Source: Magallana gigas
Taxonomy: Eukaryota
Direction of reading: 5' to 3'
NCBI RefSeq assembly: GCF_963853765.1
Contig: NC_088858.1
Span: 8,680,001-8,744,000, forward strand
DNA length: 64,000 nucleotides
Below the pieces are notes generated by a model that saw nothing but the letters and a program-made list of their open reading frames with translations, did not search any database and was not told the origin of the DNA. The translations under genes were made by a program, and so were the position numbers. Below, piece after piece: positions 47,792-61,535 of this stretch. Position 1 is the stretch's first letter, and each line of letters opens with the position of its first letter.

Positions 47792-50411
47792 ATGAGGACA
47801 ATTCTTATTGCGATGGATAGCAGCGAAAATTCTTTATACGCCTTTAAACGTGAGTTGTGGTGAAAGTTTTAATTCAATATTTAGTCCTCAATGGGTTGTT
47901 CATCTTCTCATCTTTCATTTAAGATAAAACTTCGTACTTATTAAGTTATAGATAAGATAGGTACACTTTAAGAAATCGATAGTTATCTTGAAAATACAAA
48001 ACTTACTTATTTATGCTATTTTAAACATTACAATTTTATGTTCTGCCTCTCGAGCTGCACATTGCCTTTACCACTCCATCTACGCTAGCTAGCCAAGTTT
48101 CTGATTCATTTTTCTCATCTCCCATCTTCATTTCCCTTCATTTCTCATCAAGATGAGAAAAACGAATCGGACACTTGGCTACTGAAGATGCCCCCCCCCC
48201 CCAATGAAAGAATATGAATATACAGTAGGATGACTTATTTGTGTACACACAACAAGGAAGTATGCACACAATCATTTCTTTTATTCAAATGCAGTATGAA
48301 ATTTTATGCTAAATCTGAACAAAATACTTGGTTTTTTTTATCGATATACACGTAGCTTAGGGTTTCAAATTAAGTAAAAAGAAATAAAAGTTATTTTATC
48401 ACCTTTGACGCCCAAGATTTTAAACCTGGTGTATGTTATACTCTTATAACAATATCACACAAAAATCACAAGATATTCTCTGCTTTACACTACTGATATT
48501 GCTGTGTATTTGAGTGAAGATCAAGAAGAATAGAAAATTGAACATTTTTTAACTTGCAAATTGTTATCATCTGAGGGGGGAATATCATTAAGAGCAATGA
48601 CCCTAATTTGCCGGATTTTAAACAAACTTATCTTTATCCGAGATAGGGATTGTAAAGGGATAAATGATATGCTGTTTTGATATCGCGTTTTTAACTTTTT
48701 TTAAAATTTCATTTATGAATGAAGAGTATGCAGAGAAGTTTCATCAAGATGACAATTACGTCATAGCAGCGCACTGCGTCCATTACACCATCACTAATCC
48801 GGAAGGTAAGCGTTTTTAGAGTCACGTACAATAGAGTTACGTGCAATATATTAAATATATAGTGTATGAATGCAAACTGAAAAAAAATCGCCTATTCAAA
48901 TGTGTCACTAATTCGAATACGCAGTATCAAGTTTTTTATATTTAATATGTAATATTACGTATTTGGATATGTGATACTAGATATGTGATACTATAGTATC
49001 ACCAATTCGATTAGGTGATATTCCTAAATCACAATAATACTTAAAGGGCGCCTCATACACTATTCTACAAAAAAGGGAGACTAAGATCAAAAGTTAACTC
49101 ATAAAAGTTTTATAGCTCCTATTATTACGATTTGACACACTACGCAGACCACTTTTAAAATCTTTTCTTTCGACTTGATAGCTAACTTCGTTACTTGTCC
49201 CGAGATTTATAGACAGACAAACTGTTGGTGTACGAGGTATTGGGTGAGGATTGTTACGTAATAACAGTGTACTGCTTTTCGTAGATTATTGGTAAAAACT
49301 ATGCCCAAAAAAGTGACCTAAACTAAGCAGTCTGTTGTTGACTCAAAGAATAAATATATTTGTACACGTATGATGCTGCAAATAACACCAGTGGATGTGA
49401 AATATCTCTTTCTTATGACAATGAAATGTATACTGTATTGTTATACGCCATGTAAAACATTACTATAAAACTCTATACGAAAAAAAGTCCAGCATTTTGA
49501 CTGTTTGACTGGAACTGTTAGATTGGAACTGTTAAAATCGACTGTTAAAAAAGACTGTTGATCGGTGACGTCACATTCCGCGAAAACGTGTTATTGATTA
49601 GAAGGGGTATAACAAAACAGTTGTTGACTGTGTCTCGGGCAACAGTTGATCTGTCGGACCGGCTCGCAATCTGTTGCCCGCGGCCTTCGGCCTTGGGCAA
49701 CAGTTTGCGAGCCGGTCCGACAGATCAACTGTTGCCCTCGACCCCAGTCAACAACTGTATACTATAGTATCGGGAAAATATAGCAGTTATACCATTTGAA
49801 CAAGGATGCATTTTATCATCCAGATTTGCAGGCTGTCATTCTTTTCCTATATTTAAGACATACCATATACAACTTTTTTGTATTGTTTAGAAAACTAATA
49901 CAGTTATATAGTTATTCTATCTTTAAAGTCTGTCATTGTTGTGCTTAGAATTGATAACCAGTACAAAGGACGAAGAGAAGATAAGAAAAGTATTTGAAGA
50001 AGATGAGAAAAGAATATTATCTGTGTTGAATGATATGGAGGCTCTTCTTGCAGAAAACAAGGTATTTTCCATGATTCATTGGTTTCACTATGTTTGAAAG
50101 AATTTACATTATAGATATCGTTTGAACAAGAACAAAACCCCATAAAGCTGACATTATTTCATAAAACCTACACGCTTATAACTCAATATTTTTCATGGTA
50201 TTCTCCACTACAGATATCCGGTGAAGTTGTCAGACTGGAGGGACAGCCCGAGACGTCCATTCTAGCAAAAGCAGAGGAGGTCCAGGCAGCCATGATTGTG
50301 ATGGGGTCACGTGGTCTTGGAACAATTAGACGGACTATTCTAGGAAGCGTCAGTGAATATGTCCTTCATCATTCGCACGTACCAGTCATGATTTGTAAAA
50401 TAAAATCTTAA
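47792..50411 (+). CDS. Universal stress protein A-like (USP copy 2), 149 aa
   Basis: Exons 47792-47849, 48725-48805 (weak AAG acceptor), 49949-50061, 50214-50411 (450 nt). [14 protein letters not shown]; VIAAHC; [30 protein letters not shown]. Confidence 0.88.
49618..49757. repeat. 140-bp nested palindrome (foldback element) in USP2 intron 2
   Basis: 43-bp arms 49637-49679 / 49695-49737 with 1 mismatch; central GGCCTTCGGCC mini-hairpin; outer 13-bp IR CAGTTGTTGACTG / CAGTCAACAACTG. Confidence 0.85.
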
Positions 50412-52031
50412 AAATCTAGCTAGAAAGCTTATTGTGTGTTTAATTATTCATTTATTTATTCATTCACTATAGTTTTTGGCTTATGGCATTTCTTCTTCAT
50501 GGACTTTTTGCCAAAGACCTTGTTTTACATATCTTAACAGTTAAGATGTTTGATACCTTGATTGTGGTAGGTCGTGAGTTCTACCTCACTCAATGAATCA
50601 GCAGTGATTGTATTGGTGTCAAGGGCAATATTGTCCTTTTATATGCATTTCCCTTAATTTACTTCTTTGATATAATTACAAAAATATATTCGATATATAA
50701 AAGTTCTGAGGGTTTTTTTGTGTGTGCGTAAGGGTTATATGTAGTATTGTTGTTTTGTGGTATTTTTATTGTAAAAATTGCGATCATTAAGGATTTATTC
50801 TGCTCTTATCCTACCATCAACTTTAAATACTTCTAACTAGCGATTACGATAGGAAAAAAGCTTACAAGACTCTTAAAACAAGTCTTAAAATAGAATATAC
50901 ATATTGACTTAATAATAATTTAAAAAATATTTTCTTGGCCATCACAAATTTCTTGCCCATTTTTTCCTCCATTTTTTCTACAGAAAATTATCATACATTT
51001 TTAACCAATAGTGCAAGTAACAAATGATGACACGTCTTTAGGTACATACTCCTATAACGAAATTATGTGTGGGTTGATTCTAGGCCAGTTTTGCAAAATG
51101 AAGAGTCCTTCATAAATTCAGTTTAAAATTAACTTATAAGATCCTTGAAATCGGATGAACTTCTATTCAAAATATGCAAAAGTATGATAGCACGTTCTGT
51201 AACAGCATTGTGATCCAACAGCAATAATTTACTTTCTGCTGATTTTATGAGTATTCTGGGCCGAATGAAGTTGGTCTTCAAATGCAAATTATTGTTTGCA
51301 CCACTCATCATAATTTTGAACCATTGTGTTTTGAGCAATTTTATTATGTAATTTCAGACTTTATAGAATTGCTTCACATAATTATGGTAAAGTTAGAATT
51401 ACAAATGTAATATAAGACAAGAGGTGATTAAATAACTGTTCTTTTGACAAGTGGTTTAATATTTCTTTGTTCCCAATAAATAATTTCCTTTTGTACATAA
51501 TTAATTTTAAAACGTTTAAATGCTATCAAGACTGGCATTATATATAGGTTATGCCAAACAGCGAATATTTGACCCAATCCAGATGGTTTAGACTTTGAAA
51601 AAAAAATAGCTACTATTGTATACGTCTGAATGTTTGCAACATCTAATGCATTCTATGAACACATGGATTAAAAATGTATGGTGAGACAGGATCTCCTTGG
51701 CTTCATCCTCTATTGACTTAAAAGTAAAATATCGGGGGCGGGGGGGGGGGATCAGTTCTTACTGAATTATTGGTTGGATGGTTGGAAACAGCTGAGTTTT
51801 ATGCAATGGTACACTGTATTATGGGCATCATCACGGCTGAGGGCAATGTCTTCTCTCTTTTTTTAGATTGAGCTAAAGTACACCGATGAGTTAAAGATAA
51901 AACAGATAGTAGTTATCAGTGATGTCAATTAAATTGTGTTACACATAAATAGATAACACGTGAAATAATGCACCGCCATCAAAATGAAATTTAAAGACGC
52001 AGATTCCAGGTAAAACTTAAAAATAAGCCCG

Positions 52032-54332
52032 ATGAAGAACGTGTTAATAGCAATGGACGGTAGCAAGCAGTCTGTGTTTGCGTTTAACCGTAAATATATG
52101 TTTTTTTTATTGATTTATAACCACTGTTGAGACTGTAAATCTTATGTACAACTATTATGTGAAAAAAGGGTGGATTAAACGGACAATATACCGGATGGTT
52201 TGATTGTTAAAATAACAGCAAGAACATTCATGATAGCAGACGATAAAGTAAATTTTGTACTACACTCAAGAAAAAGATCAATAAAAGATACGAGGAAATC
52301 TCCCAAAATAGCAATAGTCAATCAAAATTCAATTCATTTTCCAAACGCTAACCCACACAATTTTCAACTGTTTGGTGGGATATTTAATGTGCCATAAAAA
52401 TCAAAACTTTAATATAGAGCTGATGTGCTTAAAATGATAATATTTTGAATATATCAGTCTTTATGAAAATGTTCCAAGAACATTCTACAGTGCTTCAAAA
52501 TTTAAACTCAATATTTAAAAAAAATTCTTGAATATATTAGGGAATAAAACATCCCGTTTCGTTTGTTCGTTGCAGAATACGTGAAGACGTTGCACCAGGC
52601 GGACAAATATGTGATAGCGGCTCTGTGTGCCGAATACACGGGGGTGGATTCTGGAGGCGAGTCCGCTGGCGGTAGAGGGGATAGGGCATTATCATAAAAA
52701 CAAATTATCTAGGTGGAATGGGACACCCTCATTTTGTGAAAATTAACTTCTATTTTGTATTTTTTTTCCCACACGCTTGTTTGTCTAACAAGCGCAATTG
52801 GTAAAAGTTAAATATAGATCTAAAAGTCACGTGTTCAAAACTGATTAGGATTTTTACAATTTTACCTTTGTAAATAAGAACTTTCAAAATGCATATTTTG
52901 TTCAGAAATTGCATTATTTGTAGATTTGAAACATTATTTATTTTGAACTGAATTGAAACTTAAAAGTGCCCCATACCACCTTTAAAAGATTAAAATTATG
53001 CTGTATAATTGGTATTCAATCAAAATTGAATTTATGATTTAGATTGTGTAACCTTTTTGCACTATTTTACATTTACAGTTCTGTCGATTACCCAGGTGGG
53101 GTTTGACGTCATTGAGGGTTTGTTACAAGAAGATGAAAAACGGATACTGTCAACTCTGAATGATATAGAGTCCCTCCTGATAGAGAATCAGGTTAGAGTA
53201 TAGTAGAAAAGAGAGAGTCACTCTTAGCTATTCCTATTTATACTGACTGTTATTGAACGCCCTGTCGAGGTTATTCGACGCTCCCTGTAACGGTGAAAAA
53301 CTTCGGACTTTTTACGAATCTAAGCACAAAGCATTGACCTTTTCCTACAGTTACTTAAACATGAATTTTTAAGCTCCCCCCCCCCCCCTTAATTTAGGCA
53401 CTGAAAGTCTCGCAAACGTATTCCTTATTCCTTAATCTATTTCGTTGCCCGTGAAGATCATAAGGGTGGGTAGATCGGCTTACTCCAACGCCCGATTTTA
53501 AGAAAGCCATAACGAGCCTTGAAGGAATCAATACATTATATTAATATACATTCGCATTTCTTTATATTTCCTTGGTGGCGCTGAATGGCTAGTACTACAC
53601 AGATGCTTCACACTTACGTAGTCATGTTGTAAAGTTAGAATTTAAAGGGGCATGGTCACGAATTTTGTCAAATTCTATTTTTCTGTTTTTATTATTTATA
53701 ATGCTTTACGAATGCATCTCTAATGACCAAATAAAATTTGCGTGTCAGTCGTAGAGTTATAAGCAATACACAGGACTCACAATTCTTTGTCATATAAACA
53801 AGGCTCGTGCCCTGTTTTTGTTTACATAGGTTAAATATACCAGTAAAAAATCTTTTTCAAGCTGATTTGTCTATCTTCTTAATCATTTTAAGCATAAATA
53901 TACAGTTTCTAACATTTAACACATTCATTTTGGGTCTAAAACTGGATATTTCCTGCAACATTGAAAACGTAAACAAAAGCAATACGTGTATTGAAAGGTT
54001 ATTTTGAAAAAGAAATACTAGTATTTATTGGTTTTAAAAGGTGGAAAGGAGATTTATATTACTTTGTTTTTTATTATTTTTGGTTTTTTTCCTTCTCAAA
54101 CTCTGCAATTTTTCAGTTAGAAGGTGAAGTTATCCGACTAGAGGGCATCCCAGGGGTCGCCATAATATCAAAAGCCAGAGAAGTAAACGCGTCCATGATC
54201 GTTATTGGATCACGTGGTTTCGGGAGGATAAGGCGGACATTGATGGGGAGTGTCAGTAACTTTGTAGTCCATCACTCCCCCGTACCAGTAGCACTGTGTA
54301 AATACGAAAAAAGGGCGACAGAAGTTCCGTGA
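52032..54332 (+). CDS. Universal stress protein A-like (USP copy 3), 155 aa
   Basis: Exons 52032-52089, 52576-52656 (GC donor), 53079-53191, 54117-54332 (468 nt). MKNVLIAMDGSKQS; VIGSRGFGRIRRTLMGSVSNFVVHHSPVPV. Confidence 0.88.
53642..54000 (+). mobile_element. Kolobok-like MITE, left part (same family as 784-1234), in USP3 intron 3
   Basis: Starts TTAA+AGGGGCATGGTCACGA; aligns by eye with 784-1085 and then loses similarity; right TIR absent. Confidence 0.8.
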
Positions 54333-55157
54333 ATGTGTCTCGATCATTTAATTTTCTTGTGTTAACAAATACTGAATTTATTTATTGATTGAATAAATAT
54401 GATCTGTGTGTTCACGTCTTTGATTTATCCCGATTTAAAAATTTTTGCAATAATGAATTTGATGCTTTCTTCATTTACAATTTTCCATTTTTACATGTTT
54501 TTAAAGGTCACTTTTAAAAAGATAACTATAGTCTTTAACAAATGATGTTTAAATAAAGACATCAATGAAAACTGTTTTATTACAAAATTTAATATGAGAA
54601 GTAATAAAATAACAATCACTGTTTACTGTAAAAAATATAAGGAATTTAACTTTTCGACGTAATTCAAAAACATACTCTGTTGACAATATGTTTGAGTGAT
54701 ATTATGCATGGTTTTATTCCAGATCCATCGTTAAGCAAGATGATAGTAAACAGTTACACGTAGTGTTATAAAAATAATAGTTATCATAGTTAAACAAAAA
54801 TGCTAAGCTTCTGCACAAGTTCAAGTGTCTTAATACCATTAGTCTTAATTCAAAAGTAAAACTGTGTGCCACAGATTAATGCACAGTAAAAAAATCTCTC
54901 TCCTGTCATCTCTCTCTCTCTTTCTCTCCCTCTCTTTCATGTAAATAACCCTCATATCAACATCAAATTATTCCTGTTATTGAAACAGTTTAACAACAAC
55001 ATCTGAAGTGCTACTGGAATGAAATGATGAGTTTTCATACAAACATCTCTCCTTTATATCTTGTGTTTAATGTTTATATCATTCAAACATCTTACTGGGC
55101 ACCTTTCATTCCAAGCTTGAGTATATGAAACACAAACATCTCAAAGGAGACATTCTG

Positions 55158-55501
55158 CTATATACTGTCATAGGCGGAGGACTCTTGTCTGCAGCAGCTG
55201 AAGGTGAAGATCATTCCATCCTGCAAAAGTTCAAAGAGTCAATTTAACATGACATTCTGTAATATTCATCAATCAGTTTTAGTTGAATGAAGAAAAAGAG
55301 AGTTCAACATTTCAGCATTACTACAGACAACTCACGGCTATAAGCACGGGAAGGTCTATCCAGAACGCAGAGTGGGGTATCAGATCCTGTCCTTTGTGTC
55401 CCCTCGTGAAGTTACAGGCACACCCAAAGATACAGTAGATGCTGATGCTCACAAAAAATCTGAGGAGAATTGGCTTTTTTATAACCAAAGGTTTATCAAC
55501 T

Positions 55502-55566
<65 letters not shown>

Positions 55567-57318
55567 TGAGACAGAGAGATAGAGAGAGCGAAAATGAGAG
55601 AGAGAGATAAGACATGGGAAGACAATTGAATAGATCTAGCAGGAGTCTGTATACTCACATAATTATAAGGACAGTCCCTGCACTGAGGCTGGTATCAAAA
55701 GTCGCGGGAGGGACCAGATTTATGCATGCCCCATCATACTCTGCCGATATCTTGTACTGTTATGACAAATTTAAATTTACCAGGTATTAGCATTGTCGAG
55801 TTATACACTGAGGCAGCTTTTATAGTGTACATAATGTTTTACTTTGAAACCAATTAATACATAAAATAATTGCATACCATTATCTTCAACGGTAACTACC
55901 AAGTTAGATAATCCAAATTTTATTAAGTAACGGTATTTTACAAAATGTAATTTTAATTAGTTTATTGGTTTGCTGACCTGGCATTTAAGGGTAGTGTTCG
56001 AGCAAGAAAGATTAGACATTAGATTGGCTATCTTCGGAATGGTTGCTCCTGCAGCATTAGGCTTCCACACAGCTTGTAGATTACATGTCAACTCCACAAC
56101 AGTTGTCAAATTATATGTGATGTTGCTGGTAGTATATGAAACCGAGTCCAACGTTGCAATGATTTTGTCACCTAAAAACAAATTTTACAATTTGGAAACA
56201 AATTTTCATTCTAAATACCAAGAAATTATTGAATTATACCATCAATTGTTTCCCCATAGAACTAGTTATTATAGTTTGCCATAAATCATTTATTTCAGGA
56301 CTATAAAATACTAGCAAAATATTTATTAAATGCAGTATTAAGTAGATTAATTACTCCATGAACATGGGGAAACAAAATACAGAACAAAATGGAAGTAGAT
56401 GGACTATCCAATGATCAATTTTTTTTTTGGGTTGAGATTTTTAGATACCTTTTGCAGCATGGGAGAATGGGTCCTGTGTGTAATTGCCAATTGAGAATAC
56501 CGCGGTGTCGTTTTTTCCTGTAAAATTGGATGCCTGCACACAAGCACTTGACGATCCACTGCATATTGTAGGTATCTTATTGCAAAACGACAACGTAATT
56601 TTACAGGTAACATTGATGTTCGGTCCAGCAAGACAGCTCTGGTTCACTCCTGCATAGGTCCATGTCCTATAAAAAATATATATGATATGTATGTTGAAAG
56701 CGGAGTAACTCGTATAACTTTACGCGACTTTACGTCGCACCCACACAGTATCACGTGATTTACCATACAACAACAACATTCATGGAGGACATTCGACAAG
56801 AGCTTACTGTTCTATAAATAGAGATGTGAACGGACTTACTGAGAGGTAATTACACTTCCAATTACAGAGCTCATAAATGATATTAAAAAATATTGCATGT
56901 AAATTGCTGAAAGAGCCATTTTCAACCGATATGGACCCATGTACACCCCGAATAGGCCTATAGCCTGGTATAAAATTAAAATCCTATGATCACGTTTTGA
57001 CTGTATATTTCTTGTGTTTCATGGATATAATTATTCAAAATTCGCTATTTCGTCTTAAAACATAGCTGAGGTAGGGGTTTTAAAAGAGAGAAGACGATTA
57101 GGGCCTACCATAAACATTTTCCGGGGTTGTTATTTTTTCTTTACCATGTTTACCATACCGTACCCTGTAGATAGAGGTGTAACATTATATCCTAGAGGTC
57201 CGCTGCATGTCAGGTCTGCTCCGATTGCTGCACTTAAATTAACGAGGAAACAATAAAGAAAAGTCCAGTGTGTATATTTGCTGATAAAACCAAGAGATTT
57301 CATATTGAACCTTGGCAT
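55158..57318 (-). CDS. Cation-dependent mannose-6-phosphate receptor / ATG27-like type I membrane protein, ~283 aa
   Basis: Exons 57318-57164 (weak donor GG|GTACGG), 56666-56449, 56171-55978, 55756-55659, 55459-55336, 55220-55158 (852 nt, in frame). Signal peptide; Cys-rich lumenal domain (GYNVTPL, SACVQ, VELTC, CQY..GAC); TM LSAGTVLIIIFFVSISVYCIFG; family tail GQDLIPHSAFWIDLPVLIADG; terminal YDSI sorting motif. Confidence 0.82.
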
Positions 57319-57585
57319 GTGACAAATCCCGTGACTCGCTTCAAATGAAAAATGGAGTCATAATATGGCGGGAAATTTCAAATGTGTTCTTTTAAAAAGA
57401 ATATGCTTTAGACTTAAGGTATGGTTCATTTAATCAAATATCTCTCTGTTACCTGTGGCAGCCAGAACACATAATGTACCGTTAAAGCTGAATTTTCAAG
57501 AATCATCTGGTATTAAGGTATACGTTTACTCAGAATGAAAATAAATTCCACTGATGATAATGAAAAACCATATATTGTGTGTTAA

Positions 57586-58299
57586 GATTGGCTGTTCGTT
57601 CGCTCTAAAACGCGTTTGCCCTTGACGCCGTTCGCTCTAGTTTTCGTTCACCCTAGGTCCGTTCGCTCTTGACGCCATTCGCACTGTGTCCGTTCGCCTT
57701 AATTTTATATAGGATTAATTAATTTATATATTTTTGTGTATGCTGGTCAATTTAAACATTTTGAAAGATACATATATAATTAATAAAAACAATACCGCCC
57801 TTTCTACTTCTACATAATAATCACCATGGTTGACAGTAGTTTAATACAGTTACATGTTCCATTTCCGTATATATCTCATTTAGAGATCAAAGGATTGTGT
57901 TATGTAAATTCTTTAAAGATAGAATAGGTGATAATCATCTGCTAAGCTTCTGAATGAGCCAATAAAAGTCTCAAATTCTTTAATTGTTTAAAAACACCAA
58001 GCGAATCATTATAAAGACAAGGAGACGGTTATCGACAATGTACGGCAATAAAATCTTGCAATTAACGTATACCAATTACGTCGTTTTTTATGAAAGAAAA
58101 ACATATTATATATGAATAATTAATAAAAGTTAACAAGTTTTAAGTTAAAAGTAAATGAAATAATTTATAATATTGTTTATTCATAAATAAGGAGCGAACG
58201 AGGTTTAATGCAAACAATTATTTGGGCGAACGGTAATTAGAGCGAAGTAGAGCGAACAGACTAAGGCGATCATGTGGATAGGGCGAACGCATCCGATAC
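57586..58299. mobile_element. 714-bp non-autonomous DNA transposon, Mutator-like by TSD length
   Basis: Direct repeat TGTGTGTTAA at 57576-57585 and 58300-58309; clusters of GTTCGCYC at the left and RGCGAAC at the right; imperfect TIR. Confidence 0.7.
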
Positions 58300-61200
58300 T
58301 GTGTGTTAAAGACCTATCATGGTAGTGCTATTTTTCACTTTCAAAAAAATAGGTCAATGACCTACTTTTTGAGATAATGACCATTGAATATTTTTTGAAA
58401 ATTTAAGAAATGTCCCTAAAAATTTTACACTAGGATTGAAATTTTCTTAATTGTTAAAATAATACAAATTGATAAATTCTTTTAAAAATGAAGTACAGTT
58501 TATGAAGTGCAGTGACACTAAACAGACACAAAACAGAAAGTTTCATTCACAATTTTTATGAATATTCCAGTCCGAATTTCCTCTATCAGTTTTCAATTTC
58601 CTTCCCTTTTTTGATTCAATTTCCTCTGTCAGTTTTCAAATTCCTTACCTTTTTTGATTCAATTTTACAAAAAACTGAATGATGATGATACCAAAACATT
58701 TATAGCTTTAAACTAGGTATATTGACCTTACTCTACGGGCATAAAAGTTATATAAGGTCAATGATCAAAATTTTGAGATATAGTGTCTTTTATCATTTTA
58801 AAGCATTTTTCAATATTTTTGTAGTGTGTGCCATTCAAATATCTAAACGAAAAAGTGCGATAAAACCAACAGAAAATATGCAAAATTATGTTGATTAACA
58901 TAAAATCTTAACTTTGAATATTACAGTACTACCAAAAAAATTTCAGTGAAAACAAAATCTGAAAATTTTATTCCGAATTTCCTGTTTTGCTTAAAGTCCA
59001 ACTTTGTTTGAGCCTAATTCCATAATATAGTAAAAATATCAAATGGTTTGTCAATAATAATTCATTTCATAAACACTTTTAGTGTTTAGAACAAATTTTA
59101 CTCATGACATTTAACTTTATAACAATCCGAATTTGAGAACTCAAACCCTGAGTAAACAACGTCCTTAAACTTGTTTTTATTGAACGCACAATTTTTTATG
59201 AAAACTGGGATTGGATATTAAATAGTCATATAAATAGGCAACTTCCTGTCACATTGGTCAATGATTAAATTGTCACCATCAATTACTATTATGAATTCCA
59301 ACAGAGGGGATGTATTTTCAGACTAGATGAGAGGGGATCGCAAACCATGTCAGTACATGTGAAAAGAAAAATGAGTTTTGATAGTGTCCTATCAATGAAT
59401 GTGTGTACCCTACACGTTTTAGTAAATGAGTACCCATTGGTTTGCTAATTGCTACCAGTTATTCTCTCTGTTGGTCTTGGTTTGCGTATTTTTGCAAGTT
59501 AAGTGTTTCCTAAACAATATCGTACTATAGTCTTCCCCAAGTTATTGCTTCCATCACTTTTTGATGATTTTTAATAAAAATACACATACCTGTGAAAGAA
59601 ATGCTGTTGAAATCGATAAAAGGGAAAATATCCAAGATATCTTCATTGACAAATTATATTTTTCACCCATAAAAATTCACAGGGACGAAAACAAAATTCT
59701 TACGGAGATTTATAATGGAAATATTTACATCTTTTCTCCATTTGGAAGTACGTCTCGGGACACCTCGCACAATTTTTCAACGTTATCATCCGGGCTTATT
59801 AATGGCTGATGCAATTCAGAATCCCCGTAGACTTTCTATTTTGGGATGTGTATTAAAACCTGAAGTGGTAGAGGGGGCGTTTTCAAAACAGATAATCTGG
59901 ACATTTTTCATATTAGTGGATTAACGTAGTTTGAATTCAAAGGTATTTATGATTATCGAAATATCAAGCGAAAATTGGTGGAAGCAAAAACTCGGGACAG
60001 AGTATAGTGAAAATGTTGTTTGCAATGATAGATATATATTGTCGGAATAATATTTACGTGTACCTTTTAAATGAAATAAATATCATAAATATATACATGG
60101 CATGATTGGGACATCCTGTATCTTTTATAATAATACATCAATCTCTATGAATTTTAAAGAAAAATGTAACAGTCCCTCTTGTCTCACAAAATCTGTTGAA
60201 GCACACATGGTTTGATGTATATAGTCATATGACATGATATGAGGATATAGATAAAGAATTGATTTTCAATGTACATTATGTAGCTGGTTGATTATCTTTA
60301 GAATTATTCATAACCACATGTAAGTCAACAGAGCTTTGATAATTTAAAAAACCATACAATTACAGTTTGGACTTTGTACACATACACTTCATGTACTTGA
60401 AAAATACTTGAAAAGTACTCGACAGTATTTGAACTTTGGTCCAATGAACTACAGATATTGCATCACATTCATTCAACATCATTCATTGTTTGTGCAATTA
60501 TTTTGCTTGATTTATTTATAGATCTGTTTATTCAAAGGAGAAAGACCCTATAAATCCACCATATTCTTATTATACATGTATAACAAACAGTGCAGGGTGA
60601 TTTAATACATACAGAATTCTGATTAGCTTGAGGAAATCGATTTACATAGGTCTTCAAGTGAGTATATGTAAATGTACATACATGTATATCTATTGAAATC
60701 TACAATTATATATTTCTTTTCAGTATTTGTAACGATGATAACTGTTAAAATTCATGTGATTATAAATACATATGATAGTACATTACTAGACTTGTGATAG
60801 AGGAAGTTGTGTTAATGAACAGGACAGACACCATCATGCATTGACATGCAATATGCCTGGAAGATATGCGTCTTTTTAAAAAAAAGGAAAACATTCATTC
60901 TGTAGACTGTATGTCAAAACTGTATAGGTTGGGCTGGTAAGTGCATAATCTTGTACAGGAGAGAAGCAGTATTATCCAGACTTTTATAAACTGAATTTGT
61001 GAGATTATCATAAACTGAGTTAGTTTACTATAGGTAGTATTTGTTTACATGTAAATGTACCGTTGTTAACTGCTCATTGGAGCACGACATTGGCCTGGTA
61101 AGATATACCGGTATGTCTTGTACTAGTTTATAAATGTTTTTAAGGTAGACGTATTGTGCCTGCATTTCTTTGATGTGTGGACAAACAGGAATTTACAGTA

Positions 61201-61504
61201 GCTTAACTTCAGAATCAATATTTGATCAATGTATAAAAGGATAAAAAATGTAATCTAATGTTTAGATTGTTATTTATAAACTAGTACATGTACTTCTAAG
61301 AGAATCTGTTGGTTTCAGGAGAGTGTCTGCATATTATGGAGGAATAATCCATGTAGATTTAATGAAATATATTATTTTTAATATTAAAGATATTTACAGT
61401 AGAATAATATTTTTGATATTAAAGATATTTACAGTAGAATAAGATGCATAAAATGTTATAACTTAGATATTAAAATATTGAAATATATCATGATTGGTAG
61501 ATAG

Positions 61505-61535
<31 letters not shown>

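Noticed and set aside
41679-54332. Bacterial contamination or recent horizontal transfer of USP genes
   Set aside because: All three have spliceosomal introns at shared positions and are interleaved with host repeats.
56811-56850. TATAAATA followed by a donor-like GAG|GTAATT on the + strand as a 5' UTR exon of the rolling stone-like gene
   Set aside because: It would overlap the M6PR-like gene antisense, and there is no supporting evidence without transcripts.
61376-61443. Short two-copy tandem duplications (also ~58575-58660 and ~63815-63870)
   Set aside because: Ordinary slippage duplications in AT-rich non-coding sequence.
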